Shown: piece after piece, positions 32,628 to 46,560 of the stretch
Position numbering within the stretch: the stretch's first letter is position 1
Layout: every line of letters starts with the position of its first letter
Translations under genes and position numbers: made by a program
The notes under the pieces: model-generated
The model's database searches: none
The model's input: only the letters and a program-made list of their open reading frames with translations
What the model was told of the DNA's origin: nothing
Assembly (NCBI RefSeq): GCF_055900595.2
Contig: NZ_CM148325.1
DNA length: 64,000 bases
Strand: one strand, 5' to 3'

Positions 32628-33985
32628 TGAAAAGATTATCTATAACCGTCCGTTTAACCTTGCTTTTTATATTGCTGCTGTCTGTTGCTGGCGCTGGAAT
32701 TGTCTGGACTCTCTATAATGGCCTGGCAAGTGAGTTGAAATGGCGCGATGATACAACACTCATTAACCGGACAGCACAGATCAAGCAGTTGTTAATTGAT
32801 GGGGTAAATCCAGATACGTTACCTGTATACTTTAACCGGATGATGGATGTTAGTCAGGATATCTTGATCATTCATGGTGATGGCATCAATAAAATTGTTA
32901 ACCGGACAAATGTCAGTGATGACATGTTAAATAACATACCTGCTAGTGAGACAATCAGCGCAGCTGGCATTTACAGAAGCATTATTAATGACACTGAGAT
33001 TGATGCTTTACGAATTAATATTGATGAAGTTTCGCCATCATTGACGGTTACTGTGGCTAAATTGGCTTCAGCCAGACATAACATGCTTGAACAGTATAAA
33101 ATTAATAGCATTATAATTTGCATTGTCGCCATTGTACTTTGCTCAGTATTAAGTCCGCTGTTAATCAGAACGGGATTACGAGAGATCAAAAAGTTGAGTG
33201 GTGTAACGGAAGCGCTGAATTATAACGATAGCCGGGAGCCTGTTGAGGTTAGCGCATTACCGAGAGAACTAAAACCTCTTGGGCAGGCGTTGAATAAAAT
33301 GCATCAAGCCTTAGTCAAAGATTTTGAACGCCTAAGTCAATTTGCTGACGATCTCGCTCATGAACTTAGAACGCCAATTAATGCATTACTGGGTCAGAAT
33401 CAGGTTACGCTCAGTCAAACCAGAAGTATCGCTGAATATCAAAAAACAATTGCCGGTAACATTGAAGAGCTGGAAAATATTTCGCGGTTAACAGAGAACA
33501 TACTGTTTCTTGCCAGGGCAGATAAAAACAATGTTTTGGTGAAACTGGACTCGCTTTCTCTCAATAAGGAAGTCGAAAATTTGTTGGACTATCTTGAATA
33601 TCTTTCAGACGAGAAAGAGATTTGCTTTAAGGTCGAGTGCAATCAGCAAATCTTTGCGGATAAAATTTTACTGCAACGAATGTTATCGAATCTTATTGTT
33701 AACGCCATTAGATATTCGCCAGAAAAATCGCGTATTCATATAACCAGTTTTCTTGATACCAACAGCTATCTTAATATTGATATCGCCAGCCCTGGAACGA
33801 AAATTAATGAGCCTGAAAAACTCTTCCGTAGATTTTGGCGGGGAGATAATTCGCGTCATTCCGTAGGTCAGGGACTTGGTCTTTCTTTAGTCAAAGCGAT
33901 TGCCGAATTACATGGGGGAAGTGCTACGTATCACTATCTCAATAAGCATAATGTGTTCCGGATTACGTTGCCGCAAAGAAATTAA
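32627..33985 (+). CDS. hprS: Two-component sensor histidine kinase
   Basis: 452-aa ORF with two TM segments, H-box ELRTPINAL and ATPase G-boxes; start overlaps the hprR stop. Confidence 0.85.
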   Translation: MKRLSITVRLTLLFILLLSVAGAGIVWTLYNGLASELKWRDDTTLINRTAQIKQLLIDGVNPDTLPVYFNRMMDVSQDILIIHGDGINKIVNRTNVSDDMLNNIPASETISAAGIYRSIINDTEIDALRINIDEVSPSLTVTVAKLASARHNMLEQYKINSIIICIVAIVLCSVLSPLLIRTGLREIKKLSGVTEALNYNDSREPVEVSALPRELKPLGQALNKMHQALVKDFERLSQFADDLAHELRTPINALLGQNQVTLSQTRSIAEYQKTIAGNIEELENISRLTENILFLARADKNNVLVKLDSLSLNKEVENLLDYLEYLSDEKEICFKVECNQQIFADKILLQRMLSNLIVNAIRYSPEKSRIHITSFLDTNSYLNIDIASPGTKINEPEKLFRRFWRGDNSRHSVGQGLGLSLVKAIAELHGGSATYHYLNKHNVFRITLPQRN

Positions 33986-34092
33986 CATAGGGCTTCAGTA
34001 CGCCATAAATTAACCGTGAAAAAACGCAGCCACGTCGTGAATACTAACGCGGCTGCGATTGATTATGCGCTTACATTAAAACGTAACAGGGA

Positions 34093-34944
34093 TTAACCCG
34101 CGTAAGCTGCCAGCATTTCCTGCGCCGCCAGTTTACCCAACGCATTCGCTGAGAAAGGACTGTCGCCGGTGAGAAGTTTACGGTCCTTATGTACTCGCCC
34201 GGTGATGTCGTCATTAATGATGTTCATGCCCATTTTCTTCAGTTCTTCGCCGAAGTACCAGTTGAGATGACCCGGCATATAGCCTATCTCTGGCGTTTGT
34301 TTGTCAGCGGCGTCTGGGAATGCACAAATGGAATAACCATTCAGTGGGTTATCGCCGTGGCGAAGCGCCAGAAAAGCCGCCGGGCCGTGGCAAAGGGAGA
34401 TAACAAAACGGTCATTTTTGATTGCCCACTGTAAAGCAGCAGCCACGTCCTGGCTTTCTGGTAAACCAATAAGTGCGCCATGACCACCAGGAACAAAGAT
34501 TGCTGCATATTCGCTATCAGCGTTGAGGCTGGCGACAACATCCGCGAGTTTCTTCGGATTGCGGAACAACGATTTATGCTGCTCAAAGAATGGCATTACT
34601 TTTTCATCTTTGTGCGGCATAGCCCAGTATTCAAACTTGGTCATCAGACCGGAAATGGTCGCCACTTCGAATTCGAAACCTGCAGCATGGAGATGATACA
34701 ACGGCAGCAACGTTTCAATCGGATGGTTACCAGTCGAGAACAGTTTTCCGTTATCGGTCGGCAAATAACGTTCGTCCGCGGCGATCACCAGAATTTTATG
34801 CTTACCGCGATACGGTTTTGGATAGTCCACGCCATCAAGATCAGAGACGGGACTGGTATATTGGCTAAGCGAATATTCTGAAGGGAAGAATGCATTATCT
34901 TCAGCAATATCGACCTGCGGATTTTTACTTGTTTGAACAGTCAT
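34093..34944 (-). CDS. hchA: Hsp31 glyoxalase III / protein deglycase (DJ-1/PfpI family)
   Basis: 283-aa ORF; DJ-1/PfpI-family fold including the conserved SLCHGPAAF segment. Confidence 0.9.
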   Translation of the reverse strand: MTVQTSKNPQVDIAEDNAFFPSEYSLSQYTSPVSDLDGVDYPKPYRGKHKILVIAADERYLPTDNGKLFSTGNHPIETLLPLYHLHAAGFEFEVATISGLMTKFEYWAMPHKDEKVMPFFEQHKSLFRNPKKLADVVASLNADSEYAAIFVPGGHGALIGLPESQDVAAALQWAIKNDRFVISLCHGPAAFLALRHGDNPLNGYSICAFPDAADKQTPEIGYMPGHLNWYFGEELKKMGMNIINDDITGRVHKDRKLLTGDSPFSANALGKLAAQEMLAAYAG

Positions 34945-35307
34945 AGTGTATTCCTTATTGTTGCTTAGTTAGGGTAGTCACTATATTTGCGACTGAGCTG
35001 GTCGCTATTTTTAACCAGGCTGGAAAATTGAGTCAATATATCGAAAGCGGTAGTCGGCGGGTGTAAGTATGTAATGATGATGCTGCACTGGTGTTGAATA
35101 TTATTCACGCCAAATTTTCCTTATTGAGCAACGTCGTCGCAAGTGGCCTCAATGATTTTAGACCATTATCAGAGGTACGGGGCGGCGGGGAGAGATTTAG
35201 TGCTGTGGAATATTGTGGTGCTGATGAATATTTATATCCTGGATTGGTAGAGAAAAAGCTTATTTCATGCACTATTTTTGCAAATATTTCTATATGGGAA
35301 GCGTGTT

Positions 35308-35316
35308 TGTTACGGG
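35308..35316. repeat. IS1 target-site duplication, left copy (tgttacggg)
   Basis: The 9 bp immediately left of IS1 are identical to the 9 bp immediately right of it (36085-36093). Confidence 0.85.
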
Positions 35317-35371
35317 GGTGATGCTGCCAACTTACTGATTTAGTGTATGATGGTGTTTTTGAGGTGCTCCA

Positions 35372-35647
35372 GTGGCTTCTGTTTCTATCAGCTGTCCCTC
35401 CTGTTCAGCTACTGACGGGGTGGTGCGTAACGGCAAAAGCACCGCCGGACATCAGCGCTATCTCTGCTCTCACTGCCGTAAAACATGGCAACTGCAGTTC
35501 ACTTACACCGCTTCTCAACCCGGTACGCACCAGAAAATCATTGATATGGCCATGAATGGCGTTGGATGCCGGGCAACTGCCCGCATTATGGGCGTTGGCC
35601 TCAACACGATTTTACGTCACTTAAAAAACTCAGGCCGCAGTCGGTAA
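35372..35647 (+). CDS. insA: IS1 InsA
   Basis: 91-aa [46 protein letters not shown]... identical in character to IS1 InsA. Confidence 0.9.
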
Positions 35648-36069
35648 CCTCGCGCATACAGCCGGGCAGTGACGTCATCGTCTGCGCGGAAATGGACGAA
35701 CAGTGGGGCTATGTCGGGGCTAAATCGCGCCAGCGCTGGCTGTTTTACGCGTATGACAGGCTCCGGAAGACGGTTGTTGCGCACGTATTCGGTGAACGCA
35801 CTATGGCGACGCTGGGGCGTCTTATGAGCCTGCTGTCACCCTTTGACGTGGTGATATGGATGACGGATGGCTGGCCGCTGTATGAATCCCGCCTGAAGGG
35901 AAAGCTGCACGTAATCAGCAAGCGATATACGCAGCGAATTGAGCGGCATAACCTGAATCTGAGGCAGCACCTGGCACGGCTGGGACGGAAGTCGCTGTCG
36001 TTCTCAAAATCGGTGGAGCTGCATGACAAAGTCATCGGGCATTATCTGAACATAAAACACTATCAATAA
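35566..36069 (+). CDS. insB: IS1 InsB reading frame (expressed as InsAB transposase by -1 frameshift)
   Basis: 167-aa ORF overlapping the insA 3-prime end in the -1 frame, the standard IS1 organisation. Confidence 0.85.
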
Positions 36070-36084
36070 GTTGGAGTCATTACC

Positions 36085-36093
36085 TGTTACGGG
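36085..36093. repeat. IS1 target-site duplication, right copy (tgttacggg)
   Basis: Identical to 35308-35316. Confidence 0.85.
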
Positions 36094-36313
36094 TTAATTC
36101 ATCAGAATGTGCATTTGGGGTGTTGGCTGGAAGAGTCGCTGGTAGATGTTATTGTGCCAGCAGGGGCAGGGTAAGGTACTGTATCGATATGCTTTGGCAA
36201 TTGCATGTGCCGCAGATGGAGATGAAATGCCAATAAAAAAGCCTGAGTTCGATGAGGGACGAACTCAGGCTAGTGTTAAGTTTTACAGTAACACGCCGCA
36301 GCGCGTTGGCTGA

Positions 36314-37429
36314 TTAGAACTGGTAGACGATACCAACTGCAAACTGGTCATCAGCTGCTGCGCCAGTAATGGCGGCGTCATCTTTATCCAGCATGTTGAA
36401 TTTGTATGCAGTATAAACGTTCATGTTCTTATTAAAGTAGTACCAGGTACCAACTTCAATGTAGTTCACACGGTCAGCGTCAACATATCTATGTCCAGGT
36501 ACCCCTTTGATATCTTTACCTTTAGAGTACACATAACCTAAGGACGGACGCAGACCAAAGTCGAATTGATACTGAACAACCGCTTCAAAGTTCTGGGTTT
36601 CATTGATAAGTTGATCACGCATTATTGTATTGCCTTCTCGATCGGCAACACCTGTATCAATAGAACCCGGAGTCATATTACGAGTTTCGCCGTACATTAC
36701 AGCTGCGTAGACATTGTTCGCGTCATACTTTGCAGCCAACGACCACAGTTCAGCATTTGAACCGTTTCCATCGGCAACTTGATCGTTGGTGCGATCAGAT
36801 TTGCTATATGCACCAACGATACCAAAACCATTGATGTTATAGTCTACAGACAACGCATAGCCGTCACCATTTTGTTTCTTAGTGCTACGGTTGCTGTTTT
36901 TGCCTTGGTACTGAATCGCAAAATCAAGACCATCAACCAGGCCAAAGAAATCATAGTTACGGTAGGTTGCAACACCGTTGGTACGACCATTCATGAAGTT
37001 GTCAGCGGAAGCCCAGGAATCGCCACCCCATTCAACTAACATATCGGTATAAGCTGCGGCATCATAAGCAACACCGTAGTTACGGCCATAGTCAAATGAT
37101 CCTAACTCGTTATATTTCAAACCGGCGAAGGTTAAACGGGTTTTTTCCTGGTTTTCACCTTCGGGCTTGCTGGCGTCGAGGTTGTATTCAAACTGACCAA
37201 AACCAGTCAGTTCGCTGGTGATTTGGGTTTCACCTTTAACACCGAAACGAGCATAGGAGGTATCTTCGTTTTCGCTGTTATTATCATCAGTATTTGACCA
37301 GATGCGTTCGCCAACCATCTTGCCGTAGAAATCAACTTTATTGCCATCTTTATTATAAATTTCAGCCGCATTTGCTGCGCCAGCAACTAATAACGCCGGG
37401 ACCAGCATTGCCAGAACTTTTCTTTTCAT
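36314..37429 (-). CDS. yedS: Outer membrane general porin (OmpC/OmpF/PhoE family), apparently intact
   Basis: Track ORF 36314..37459; likely start [21 protein letters not shown] (signal peptide) at 37429; C-terminal ...GIVYQF typical of general porins. Confidence 0.8.
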   Translation of the reverse strand: MKRKVLAMLVPALLVAGAANAAEIYNKDGNKVDFYGKMVGERIWSNTDDNNSENEDTSYARFGVKGETQITSELTGFGQFEYNLDASKPEGENQEKTRLTFAGLKYNELGSFDYGRNYGVAYDAAAYTDMLVEWGGDSWASADNFMNGRTNGVATYRNYDFFGLVDGLDFAIQYQGKNSNRSTKKQNGDGYALSVDYNINGFGIVGAYSKSDRTNDQVADGNGSNAELWSLAAKYDANNVYAAVMYGETRNMTPGSIDTGVADREGNTIMRDQLINETQNFEAVVQYQFDFGLRPSLGYVYSKGKDIKGVPGHRYVDADRVNYIEVGTWYYFNKNMNVYTAYKFNMLDKDDAAITGAAADDQFAVGIVYQF

Positions 37430-37976
37430 TATGTATTCCCTTGTGATTATAATCTTCATGAATATATCAATAAGTGCCGTTATCCAAAAAAAAGCACATT
37501 TGGATACTATTCTATGAAGTTCATTTTATTTTAAGGATTACATGTAACAAATGTATTTAAAAGATTTCAAAATGTTTCTAATCTATTTAATATAATTCGG
37601 GATTATGAATTCTGAATATAAACATTCATGAATATTATAAATGCATATCAATAAGTTATGAGTTGAGCAGAAAGATAGGGGGTATCAATGATTGTTGCGC
37701 TAAACACCTGGTGTGATCACGCGCACATTAATGAAGGAATAAAAAAAGCCGGCATCATGCCGGCCCCAAAAATATAAACAAGACGATAAAAGGCTAATAA
37801 CGTAAGCATCATGACACAGAATAATAAAAAGGTATAATTGTAATCAGTGCTAATATATTGATTAAATGAATTAATAAAGCCGATATCAAAGATAAATAAA
37901 ATCGCTCAAAACGATTTTTCCTGTATTCACTGCCGTTGCGCAAAAATTATCTATTTGTTCAAAAAATGAGTGAGTC

Positions 37977-38360
37977 TTGACTGGCTCATCCAATGTGGAA
38001 AAATGTGACTTTTATCACATAATAGTACTAAGTCTGAATTTTCCGGGTTATCTCAAAATGGAATACGGTTCGACAAAGATGGAAGAGAGACTCTCTCGCA
38101 GCCCTGGCGGCAAACTGGCTTTGTGGGCTTTCTATACATGGTGTGGCTATTTCGTCTGGGCAATGGCGCGTTACATCTGGGTGATGAGCCGGATCCCCGA
38201 TGCCCCCGTGTCGGGATTTGAAAGCGATTTAGGCTCTACCGCGGGAAAGTGGTTAGGGGCACTGGTCGGATTTTTATTTATGGCTCTGGTCGGGGCATTG
38301 TTAGGCAGCATTGCCTGGTACACCCGACCTCGTCCCGCACGTAGCAGACGCTATGAATAA
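37977..38360 (+). CDS. yedR: Small inner membrane protein YedR (start uncertain)
   Basis: ORF with two hydrophobic segments; synteny with yedJ and dcm; the true start may be an internal GTG or ATG. Confidence 0.6.
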   Translation: MTGSSNVEKCDFYHIIVLSLNFPGYLKMEYGSTKMEERLSRSPGGKLALWAFYTWCGYFVWAMARYIWVMSRIPDAPVSGFESDLGSTAGKWLGALVGFLFMALVGALLGSIAWYTRPRPARSRRYE

Positions 38361-38399
38361 AAACTGCTAAGGTGGCGACTCTTTGGCAACGGAGCGCGT

Positions 38400-39095
38400 A
38401 TGGACTTACAACACTGGCAGGCACAGTTCGAAAACTGGTTGAAAAACCATCATCAGCACCAGGACGCGGCCCATGACGTGTGTCATTTTCGCCGCGTCTG
38501 GGCTACGGCACAGAAGCTGGCGGCAGATGACGATGTCGATATGCTGGTGATTTTAACCGCCTGTTATTTTCACGATATTGTGAGCCTGGCGAAAAATCAT
38601 CCGCAAAGGCAGCGTTCTTCAATCCTGGCGGCAGAAGAGACGCGTCGCCTGCTCCGTGAAGAGTTCGAGCAATTTCCGGCGGAGAAAATCGAGGCCGTTT
38701 GTCATGCCATTGCCGCTCACAGTTTCAGCGCGCAAATCGCCCCCTTAACAACGGAAGCTAAAATTGTCCAGGATGCGGATCGGCTGGAAGCCCTGGGGGC
38801 GATTGGCCTGGCGCGCGTGTTTGCCGTTTCAGGGGCATTGGGCGTGGCGCTGTTTGATGGTGAAGATCCGTTCGCACAGCATCGCCCGCTTGATGATAAA
38901 CGCTACGCGCTGGATCATTTCCAGACTAAGTTGCTGAAGCTACCGCAAACCATGCAAACCGCAAGAGGCAAGCAGCTGGCGCAGCACAACGCGCATTTTT
39001 TAGTCGAGTTTATGGCGAAGCTCAGTGCCGAACTGGCGGGGGAGAATGAAGGTGTCGATCACAAGGTGATAGATGCGTTTTCATCCGCTGGCTGA
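38400..39095 (+). CDS. yedJ: HD-domain phosphohydrolase
   Basis: 231-aa ORF with HD motif (HFRRV ... HDIV ... DADRLEALG). Confidence 0.8.
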
Positions 39096-39161
39096 GCGCG
39101 TGGCCCTAAATGGCTGTAATTATGTTAACCTGTCGGCCATCTCAGATGGCCGGTGAAATCT

Positions 39162-40580
39162 ATGCAGGAAAATATATCAGTAACCGATTCATACAGCACC
39201 GGGAATGCCGCACAGGCAATGCTGGAGAAACTGCTGCAAATTTATGATGTTAAAACGTTGGTGGCGCAGCTTAATGGTGTAGGTGAGAATCACTGGAGCG
39301 CGGCAATTTTAAAACGTGCGCTGGCGAATGACTCGGCATGGCACCGTTTAAGTGAGAAAGAGTTCGCCCATCTGCAAACGTTATTACCCAAACCACCGGC
39401 ACATCATCCGCATTATGCGTTTCGCTTTATCGATCTATTCGCCGGAATTGGCGGCATCTGTCGCGGTTTTGAATCGATTGGCGGACAGTGCGTGTTTACC
39501 AGCGAATGGAACAAACATGCGGTACGCACTTATAAAGCCAACCATTATTGCGATCCGGCGACGCATCATTTTAATGAAGATATCCGCGACATCACCCTCA
39601 GCCATAAAGAAGGCGTGAGTGATGAGGCGGCGGCGGAACATATTCGTCAACACATTCCTGAACACGATGTTTTACTGGCCGGTTTCCCTTGTCAGCCATT
39701 TTCGCTGGCTGGCGTATCGAAAAAGAACTCGCTCGGGCGGGCGCACGGTTTTGCCTGCGATACCCAGGGCACGCTGTTTTTTGATGTGGTACGCATTATC
39801 GACGCGCGTCGTCCGGCGATGTTTGTGCTCGAAAACGTCAAAAACCTGAAAAGTCACGACCAGGGTAAAACGTTCCGCATCATCATGCAGACGCTGGACG
39901 AACTGGGCTATGACGTGGCTGATGCAGAAGATAATGGGCCAGACGATCCGAAAATCATCGACGGCAAACATTTTCTGCCGCAGCACCGTGAACGCATCGT
40001 GCTGGTGGGTTTTCGTCGCGATCTGAATCTGAAAGCCGATTTTACCCTGCGTGATATCAGCGAATGTTTCCCTGCGCAGCGAGTGACGCTGGCGCAGCTG
40101 TTGGACCCGATGGTCGAGGCGAAATATATCCTGACGCCGGTGCTGTGGAAGTACCTCTATCGATATGCGAAAAAACATCAGGCGCGCGGTAACGGCTTCG
40201 GTTATGGAATGGTTTATCCGAACAATCCGCAAAGCGTCACGCGTACGCTGTCTGCGCGTTATTACAAAGATGGCGCGGAAATTTTAATCGATCGCGGCTG
40301 GGATATGGCCAAAGGTGAGAAAGACTTTGACGATCCGCAGAATCAGCAACATCGTCCACGTCGGTTAACGCCTCGGGAATGCGCGCGCTTAATGGGTTTT
40401 GAAGCGCCGGGAGAAGCGAAATTCCGCATTCCGGTTTCGGACACTCAGGCCTATCGCCAGTTCGGTAACTCGGTGGTCGTGCCGGTCTTTGCCGCGGTGG
40501 CAAAACTGCTTGAGCCAAAAATCAAACAGGCGGTGGCGTTGCGTCAGCAAGAGGCACAACATGGCCGACGTTCACGATAA
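39162..40580 (+). CDS. dcm: DNA cytosine-5 methyltransferase (CCWGG)
   Basis: C5-MTase motifs FAGIGG (motif I), GFPCQPFS (motif IV, catalytic Cys) and ENV (motif VI); start MQENISVTD at 39162. Confidence 0.9.
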   Translation: MQENISVTDSYSTGNAAQAMLEKLLQIYDVKTLVAQLNGVGENHWSAAILKRALANDSAWHRLSEKEFAHLQTLLPKPPAHHPHYAFRFIDLFAGIGGICRGFESIGGQCVFTSEWNKHAVRTYKANHYCDPATHHFNEDIRDITLSHKEGVSDEAAAEHIRQHIPEHDVLLAGFPCQPFSLAGVSKKNSLGRAHGFACDTQGTLFFDVVRIIDARRPAMFVLENVKNLKSHDQGKTFRIIMQTLDELGYDVADAEDNGPDDPKIIDGKHFLPQHRERIVLVGFRRDLNLKADFTLRDISECFPAQRVTLAQLLDPMVEAKYILTPVLWKYLYRYAKKHQARGNGFGYGMVYPNNPQSVTRTLSARYYKDGAEILIDRGWDMAKGEKDFDDPQNQQHRPRRLTPRECARLMGFEAPGEAKFRIPVSDTQAYRQFGNSVVVPVFAAVAKLLEPKIKQAVALRQQEAQHGRRSR

Positions 40581-41031
40581 GGCCACTCGCAGCAAAAATA
40601 TGCGCGCGATTGCCACGCGTTATACGGCGATAGAGAAGCGCCTCGCCAGTCTGTTAACCGGGCAGGGCCTGGCGTTTCGCGTTCAGGACGCCAGTCTGCC
40701 CGGACGTCCGGATTTTGTCGTTGATGAATATTGTTGCGTGATATTTACCCACGGCTGCTTCTGGCACCATCATCACTGCTATCTGTTTAAAGTGCCTGCG
40801 ACTCGAACCGAGTTCTGGCTGGAGAAGATAGGTAAAAATGTTGAGCGCGATCGCCGCGATATCAGTCGCTTGCAGGAACTCGGCTGGCGCGTATTGATTG
40901 TCTGGGAGTGCGCGTTACGTGGGCGCGAGAAGCTGACGGATGAAGCGCTTAGCGAGCGTCTGGAAGAGTGGATCTGCGGCGAAGGTGCCAGCGCGCAGAT
41001 CGACACGCAGGGGATTCATTTACTCGCTTGA
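40561..41031 (+). CDS. vsr: Very-short-patch repair endonuclease
   Basis: Start [20 protein letters not shown] overlaps the 3-prime end of dcm; 156 aa; the track ORF 40399..41031 is an upstream over-extension. Confidence 0.9.
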   Translation: MADVHDKATRSKNMRAIATRYTAIEKRLASLLTGQGLAFRVQDASLPGRPDFVVDEYCCVIFTHGCFWHHHHCYLFKVPATRTEFWLEKIGKNVERDRRDISRLQELGWRVLIVWECALRGREKLTDEALSERLEEWICGEGASAQIDTQGIHLLA

Positions 41032-41940
41032 TGCGTCCTGAATAACTGGCGTAACTACGGGTTTTGCCGGGAAGAGATATTTTCCCAACGTGACCAGTAC
41101 CACCGCGAAGACAATTACGCCGAGCGCCAGCCATTCAATCTTCGACAGCGTTTCTCCGCCCAGTCCCGTACCCAGCAAGACCGCGACCACCGGGTTAACG
41201 TAGGCGTAACTGGTGGCGAGAGCCGGACTGACGTTGCGGATTAAATACATATAAGCGTTAATGGCGATAATCGAACCAAACAGCGCCAGATAGCCGACCG
41301 CAAGGAAGCCTGAAAGGGAAGGGAGCGCCGTCAGTTTTTCACCTGCAATCATCGACGCGATCATTAACACCACGCCTGCCGCCAGCATCTCAATCGCACC
41401 CGCCATCATCCCTACAGGTAAGGTAATGCGCGAGCCATAAACCGAGCCAAACGCCCAGCTAATCGAGCCGATTAAAATCAGAATCGCGCCCCACGGATTG
41501 CCGCTTAAATTTCCACCGCTATTGAGCATGATGATTCCGGCAAGCCCAATGGCAATACCCACCCATTCCAGTTTGCGCGTTTTAATGCCAAACAGGCGGC
41601 TGAAGCACAGGGTAAAGAGGGGCACGGTTGCAACCACTACGGCGGCGATGCCGGAAGGAACATTTTGATGTTCGGCAACCGTCACCATGCCATTACCGAC
41701 AGCCAGCAATAACAGGCCAATCAGCGCGGCATTGAGCAGAGGACGTAGCGGGGGGAGTTTGTGTCCGCGCAGTAGTAAAAATGCCAGCAATAAAATACCG
41801 GCTGCCAGGAATCGAACGCCCGCCATCATTAACGGAGGCCAGCTTTCCACGCCAATCCGAATGACAAAATAGGTTGAGCCCCAAATGATATACAACGCAA
41901 ACAGCGCGCCAAAAAGCGGTAATAACTGGCGGAAACGCAT
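41020..41940 (-). CDS. yedA: EamA/DMT-family transporter
   Basis: 306-aa ORF with about 10 TM segments; two EamA repeats. Confidence 0.85.
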   Translation of the reverse strand: MRFRQLLPLFGALFALYIIWGSTYFVIRIGVESWPPLMMAGVRFLAAGILLLAFLLLRGHKLPPLRPLLNAALIGLLLLAVGNGMVTVAEHQNVPSGIAAVVVATVPLFTLCFSRLFGIKTRKLEWVGIAIGLAGIIMLNSGGNLSGNPWGAILILIGSISWAFGSVYGSRITLPVGMMAGAIEMLAAGVVLMIASMIAGEKLTALPSLSGFLAVGYLALFGSIIAINAYMYLIRNVSPALATSYAYVNPVVAVLLGTGLGGETLSKIEWLALGVIVFAVVLVTLGKYLFPAKPVVTPVIQDASSE

Positions 41941-42112
41941 AATCCCTCACGGTGGAAATAAAAAGGTGGTTCATAGTAAACGTGAAAATCATTCTGCTGG
42001 CGAGAGATATAATTGCACTTGATTGTTAAAAAAATGTTGCCCTGTGAAGCAAGTATCAGAGCTGCCGTTTTTGCTTCATACTTACACCCTTCAACAATAA
42101 AAATGAGAGGGA

Positions 42113-43030
42113 ATGCTTTTGGCCGGGAGTAGTTTACTGACGTTGCTCGATGATATCGCCACACTGCTGGACGATATCTCCGTGATGGGCAAACTGGCGG
42201 CGAAGAAAACCGCCGGTGTATTAGGGGATGACTTATCGCTCAATGCGCAACAAGTTTCAGGCGTGCGGGCCAACCGGGAACTTCCCGTGGTCTGGGGCGT
42301 GGCGAAAGGATCGCTGATTAATAAAGTGATTCTGGTGCCGCTGGCGCTGATCATCAGTGCGTTTATCCCGTGGGCGATTACGCCTCTGTTGATGATTGGT
42401 GGCGCGTTTCTCTGCTTTGAAGGAGTAGAGAAAGTGCTGCATATGCTGGAGGCGCGTAAACATAAAGAAGATCCGGCGCAGAGCCAGCAGCGTCTGGAGA
42501 AGCTGGCGGCGCAGGATCCGCTGAAGTTTGAAAAGGACAAAATAAAAGGGGCGATTCGTACCGATTTTATATTGTCTGCCGAAATCGTCGCCATCACGCT
42601 GGGGATTGTGGCCGAAGCGCCGTTGCTTAATCAGGTGCTGGTGCTTTCAGGCATCGCGCTGGTAGTGACCGTGGGCGTCTACGGTCTGGTAGGGGTTATC
42701 GTTAAGATTGATGACCTGGGGTATTGGCTGGCGGAAAAATCCAGCGCGCTGATGCAGGCATTAGGTAAAGGATTATTGATTATCGCGCCCTGGCTGATGA
42801 AAGCGTTATCGATTGTCGGCACGCTGGCGATGTTCCTCGTCGGCGGCGGGATTGTGGTACATGGTATTGCGCCGCTGCATCACGCCATTGAACATTTCGC
42901 CGGGCAGCAAAGTGCAGTGGTGGCGATGATATTACCGACTGTTTTAAATCTGATTCTTGGATTTATCATCGGCGGCATCGTGGTGCTGGGAGTGAAAGCC
43001 GTAGCGAAAATACGCGGTCAGGCACATTAA
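42113..43030 (+). CDS. yedI: DUF808-family inner membrane protein
   Basis: 305-aa hydrophobic ORF; synteny. Confidence 0.8.
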   Translation: MLLAGSSLLTLLDDIATLLDDISVMGKLAAKKTAGVLGDDLSLNAQQVSGVRANRELPVVWGVAKGSLINKVILVPLALIISAFIPWAITPLLMIGGAFLCFEGVEKVLHMLEARKHKEDPAQSQQRLEKLAAQDPLKFEKDKIKGAIRTDFILSAEIVAITLGIVAEAPLLNQVLVLSGIALVVTVGVYGLVGVIVKIDDLGYWLAEKSSALMQALGKGLLIIAPWLMKALSIVGTLAMFLVGGGIVVHGIAPLHHAIEHFAGQQSAVVAMILPTVLNLILGFIIGGIVVLGVKAVAKIRGQAH

Positions 43031-43108
43031 TACTCGCACAGGCTATTATGCAAAATTCGCCATCTTCAACTAAGGTGAACAAGTTTCACTCGAAAAAAGG
43101 AGGCGAGT

Positions 43109-43291
43109 ATGAGCTTTATGGTTAGTGAGGAAGTTACGGTTAAAGAGGGCGGCCCGCGGATGATTGTCACCGGATACTCCAGCGGTATGGTTGAGTGTCG
43201 TTGGTATGACGGTTACGGGGTCAAGCGGGAAGCTTTTCATGAAACCGAGCTTGTTCCGGGGGAGGGAAGTCGTCCTGCGGAAGAAGTTTGA
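43109..43291 (+). CDS. yodC: Small protein YodC
   Basis: 60-aa ORF MSFMVSEEVTVKEGGPRMIVTGYSSGMVECRWYDGYGVKREAFHETELVPGEGSRPAEEV with upstream AGGAGG. Confidence 0.7.
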   Translation: MSFMVSEEVTVKEGGPRMIVTGYSSGMVECRWYDGYGVKREAFHETELVPGEGSRPAEEV

Positions 43292-43317
43292 AAGGGTATC
43301 ATTAACACCCGACCGGA

Positions 43318-43490
43318 TGTGGCGCTCACGTCGCATCCGGTCGGGTGTACCAGTGTCTGCACTGAATTGCCTGATGCGACGCTATCGCGTCTTATCATGC
43401 CTACGTTATAAAACTATCGATGTCTGTCGCGTCTTATCATGCCACCATTATAAAATTATCGCTGTTTTGCGGTACGCTATCGCCAGGTTA
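43318..43490. repeat. Cluster of REP/BIME-like palindromic units
   Basis: Repeated gcctgatgcgacgctatcgcgtcttatcatgcc-type units between yodC and dgcQ. Confidence 0.5.
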
Positions 43491-43528
43491 TGCCAGAATC
43501 ATAAAAAAGCAGGTTGGGAGTCGTCAGG

Positions 43529-46053
<2,525 letters not shown>

Positions 46054-46232
46054 TTACCAGGATGATTCTCAAAACAGCACAAATAATCAAAGATGATTTT
46101 TTCGGGAGCGATCCCGTTGACGCCAGAGCCACCAAGGGGTGACGCACGTCACATTTCTATTCATAAGTAGCGTTAATCATTCATATCGCGAATATTTTCT
46201 TGTCAGCGAAAAAAATTGCGGATAAGGTGATG

Positions 46233-46319
46233 AACACATCAGATTTCCTGGTGTAACGAATTTTTTAAGTGCTTCTTGCTTAAGCAAGTTTCATCCCGAC
46301 CCCCTCAGGGTCGGGATTT
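46233..46319 (+). ncRNA. dsrA: DsrA small regulatory RNA with intrinsic terminator
   Basis: Sequence AACACATCAGATTTCCTGGTGTAACGAATTTTTTAAGTGCTTCTTGCTTAAGCAAGTTTCATCCCGACCCCCTCAGGGTCGGGATTT matches DsrA; the terminal hairpin is followed by a T-run. Confidence 0.9.
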
Positions 46320-46332
46320 TTTTATTGTGCAT

Positions 46333-46560
46333 TCAACGATTCACTTCAGAGACGCTGAAGTCATGAATATCCAGTTCGAAGGCATCCGCCAATTCACGCC
46401 ATGTATGATATTCACGTCCATCGACGCTAACGTGTTCAGAATCGTTCTGGCTGCGATGAACTTCGCTTTCGCTAATTTCATTGATCGCCGCCAGCAGGGC
46501 ATCGACATCGACGCTGACCTCACGTTTTGCGGTATCGCTGTACTCTTTTGCGGTTTTCAT
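46333..46560 (-). CDS. yodD: Small protein YodD
   Basis: Likely start MKTAKEYSDTAKREVSVDVD at 46560; about 75 aa. Confidence 0.75.
   Translation of the reverse strand: MKTAKEYSDTAKREVSVDVDALLAAINEISESEVHRSQNDSEHVSVDGREYHTWRELADAFELDIHDFSVSEVNR

Larger units (their letters stand above)
35317..36084 (+). mobile_element. IS1 insertion sequence (768 bp)
   Basis: Terminal inverted repeats GGTGATGCTGCCAACTTACTGAT (left) and AATAAGTTGGAGTCATTACC (right); insA and insB reading frames; flanked by a 9-bp direct repeat. Confidence 0.9.

Noticed and set aside
40399-40560. Upstream extension of the vsr ORF ([13 protein letters not shown]...)
   Set aside because: It overlaps the dcm coding region in another frame; the established Vsr N-terminus is MADVHDK at 40561.
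43318-43490. Palindromic repeat cluster as a possible small RNA gene or CRISPR-like array
   Set aside because: The units match E. coli REP/BIME extragenic palindromes, which are common intergenic elements; nothing indicates a dedicated RNA gene.
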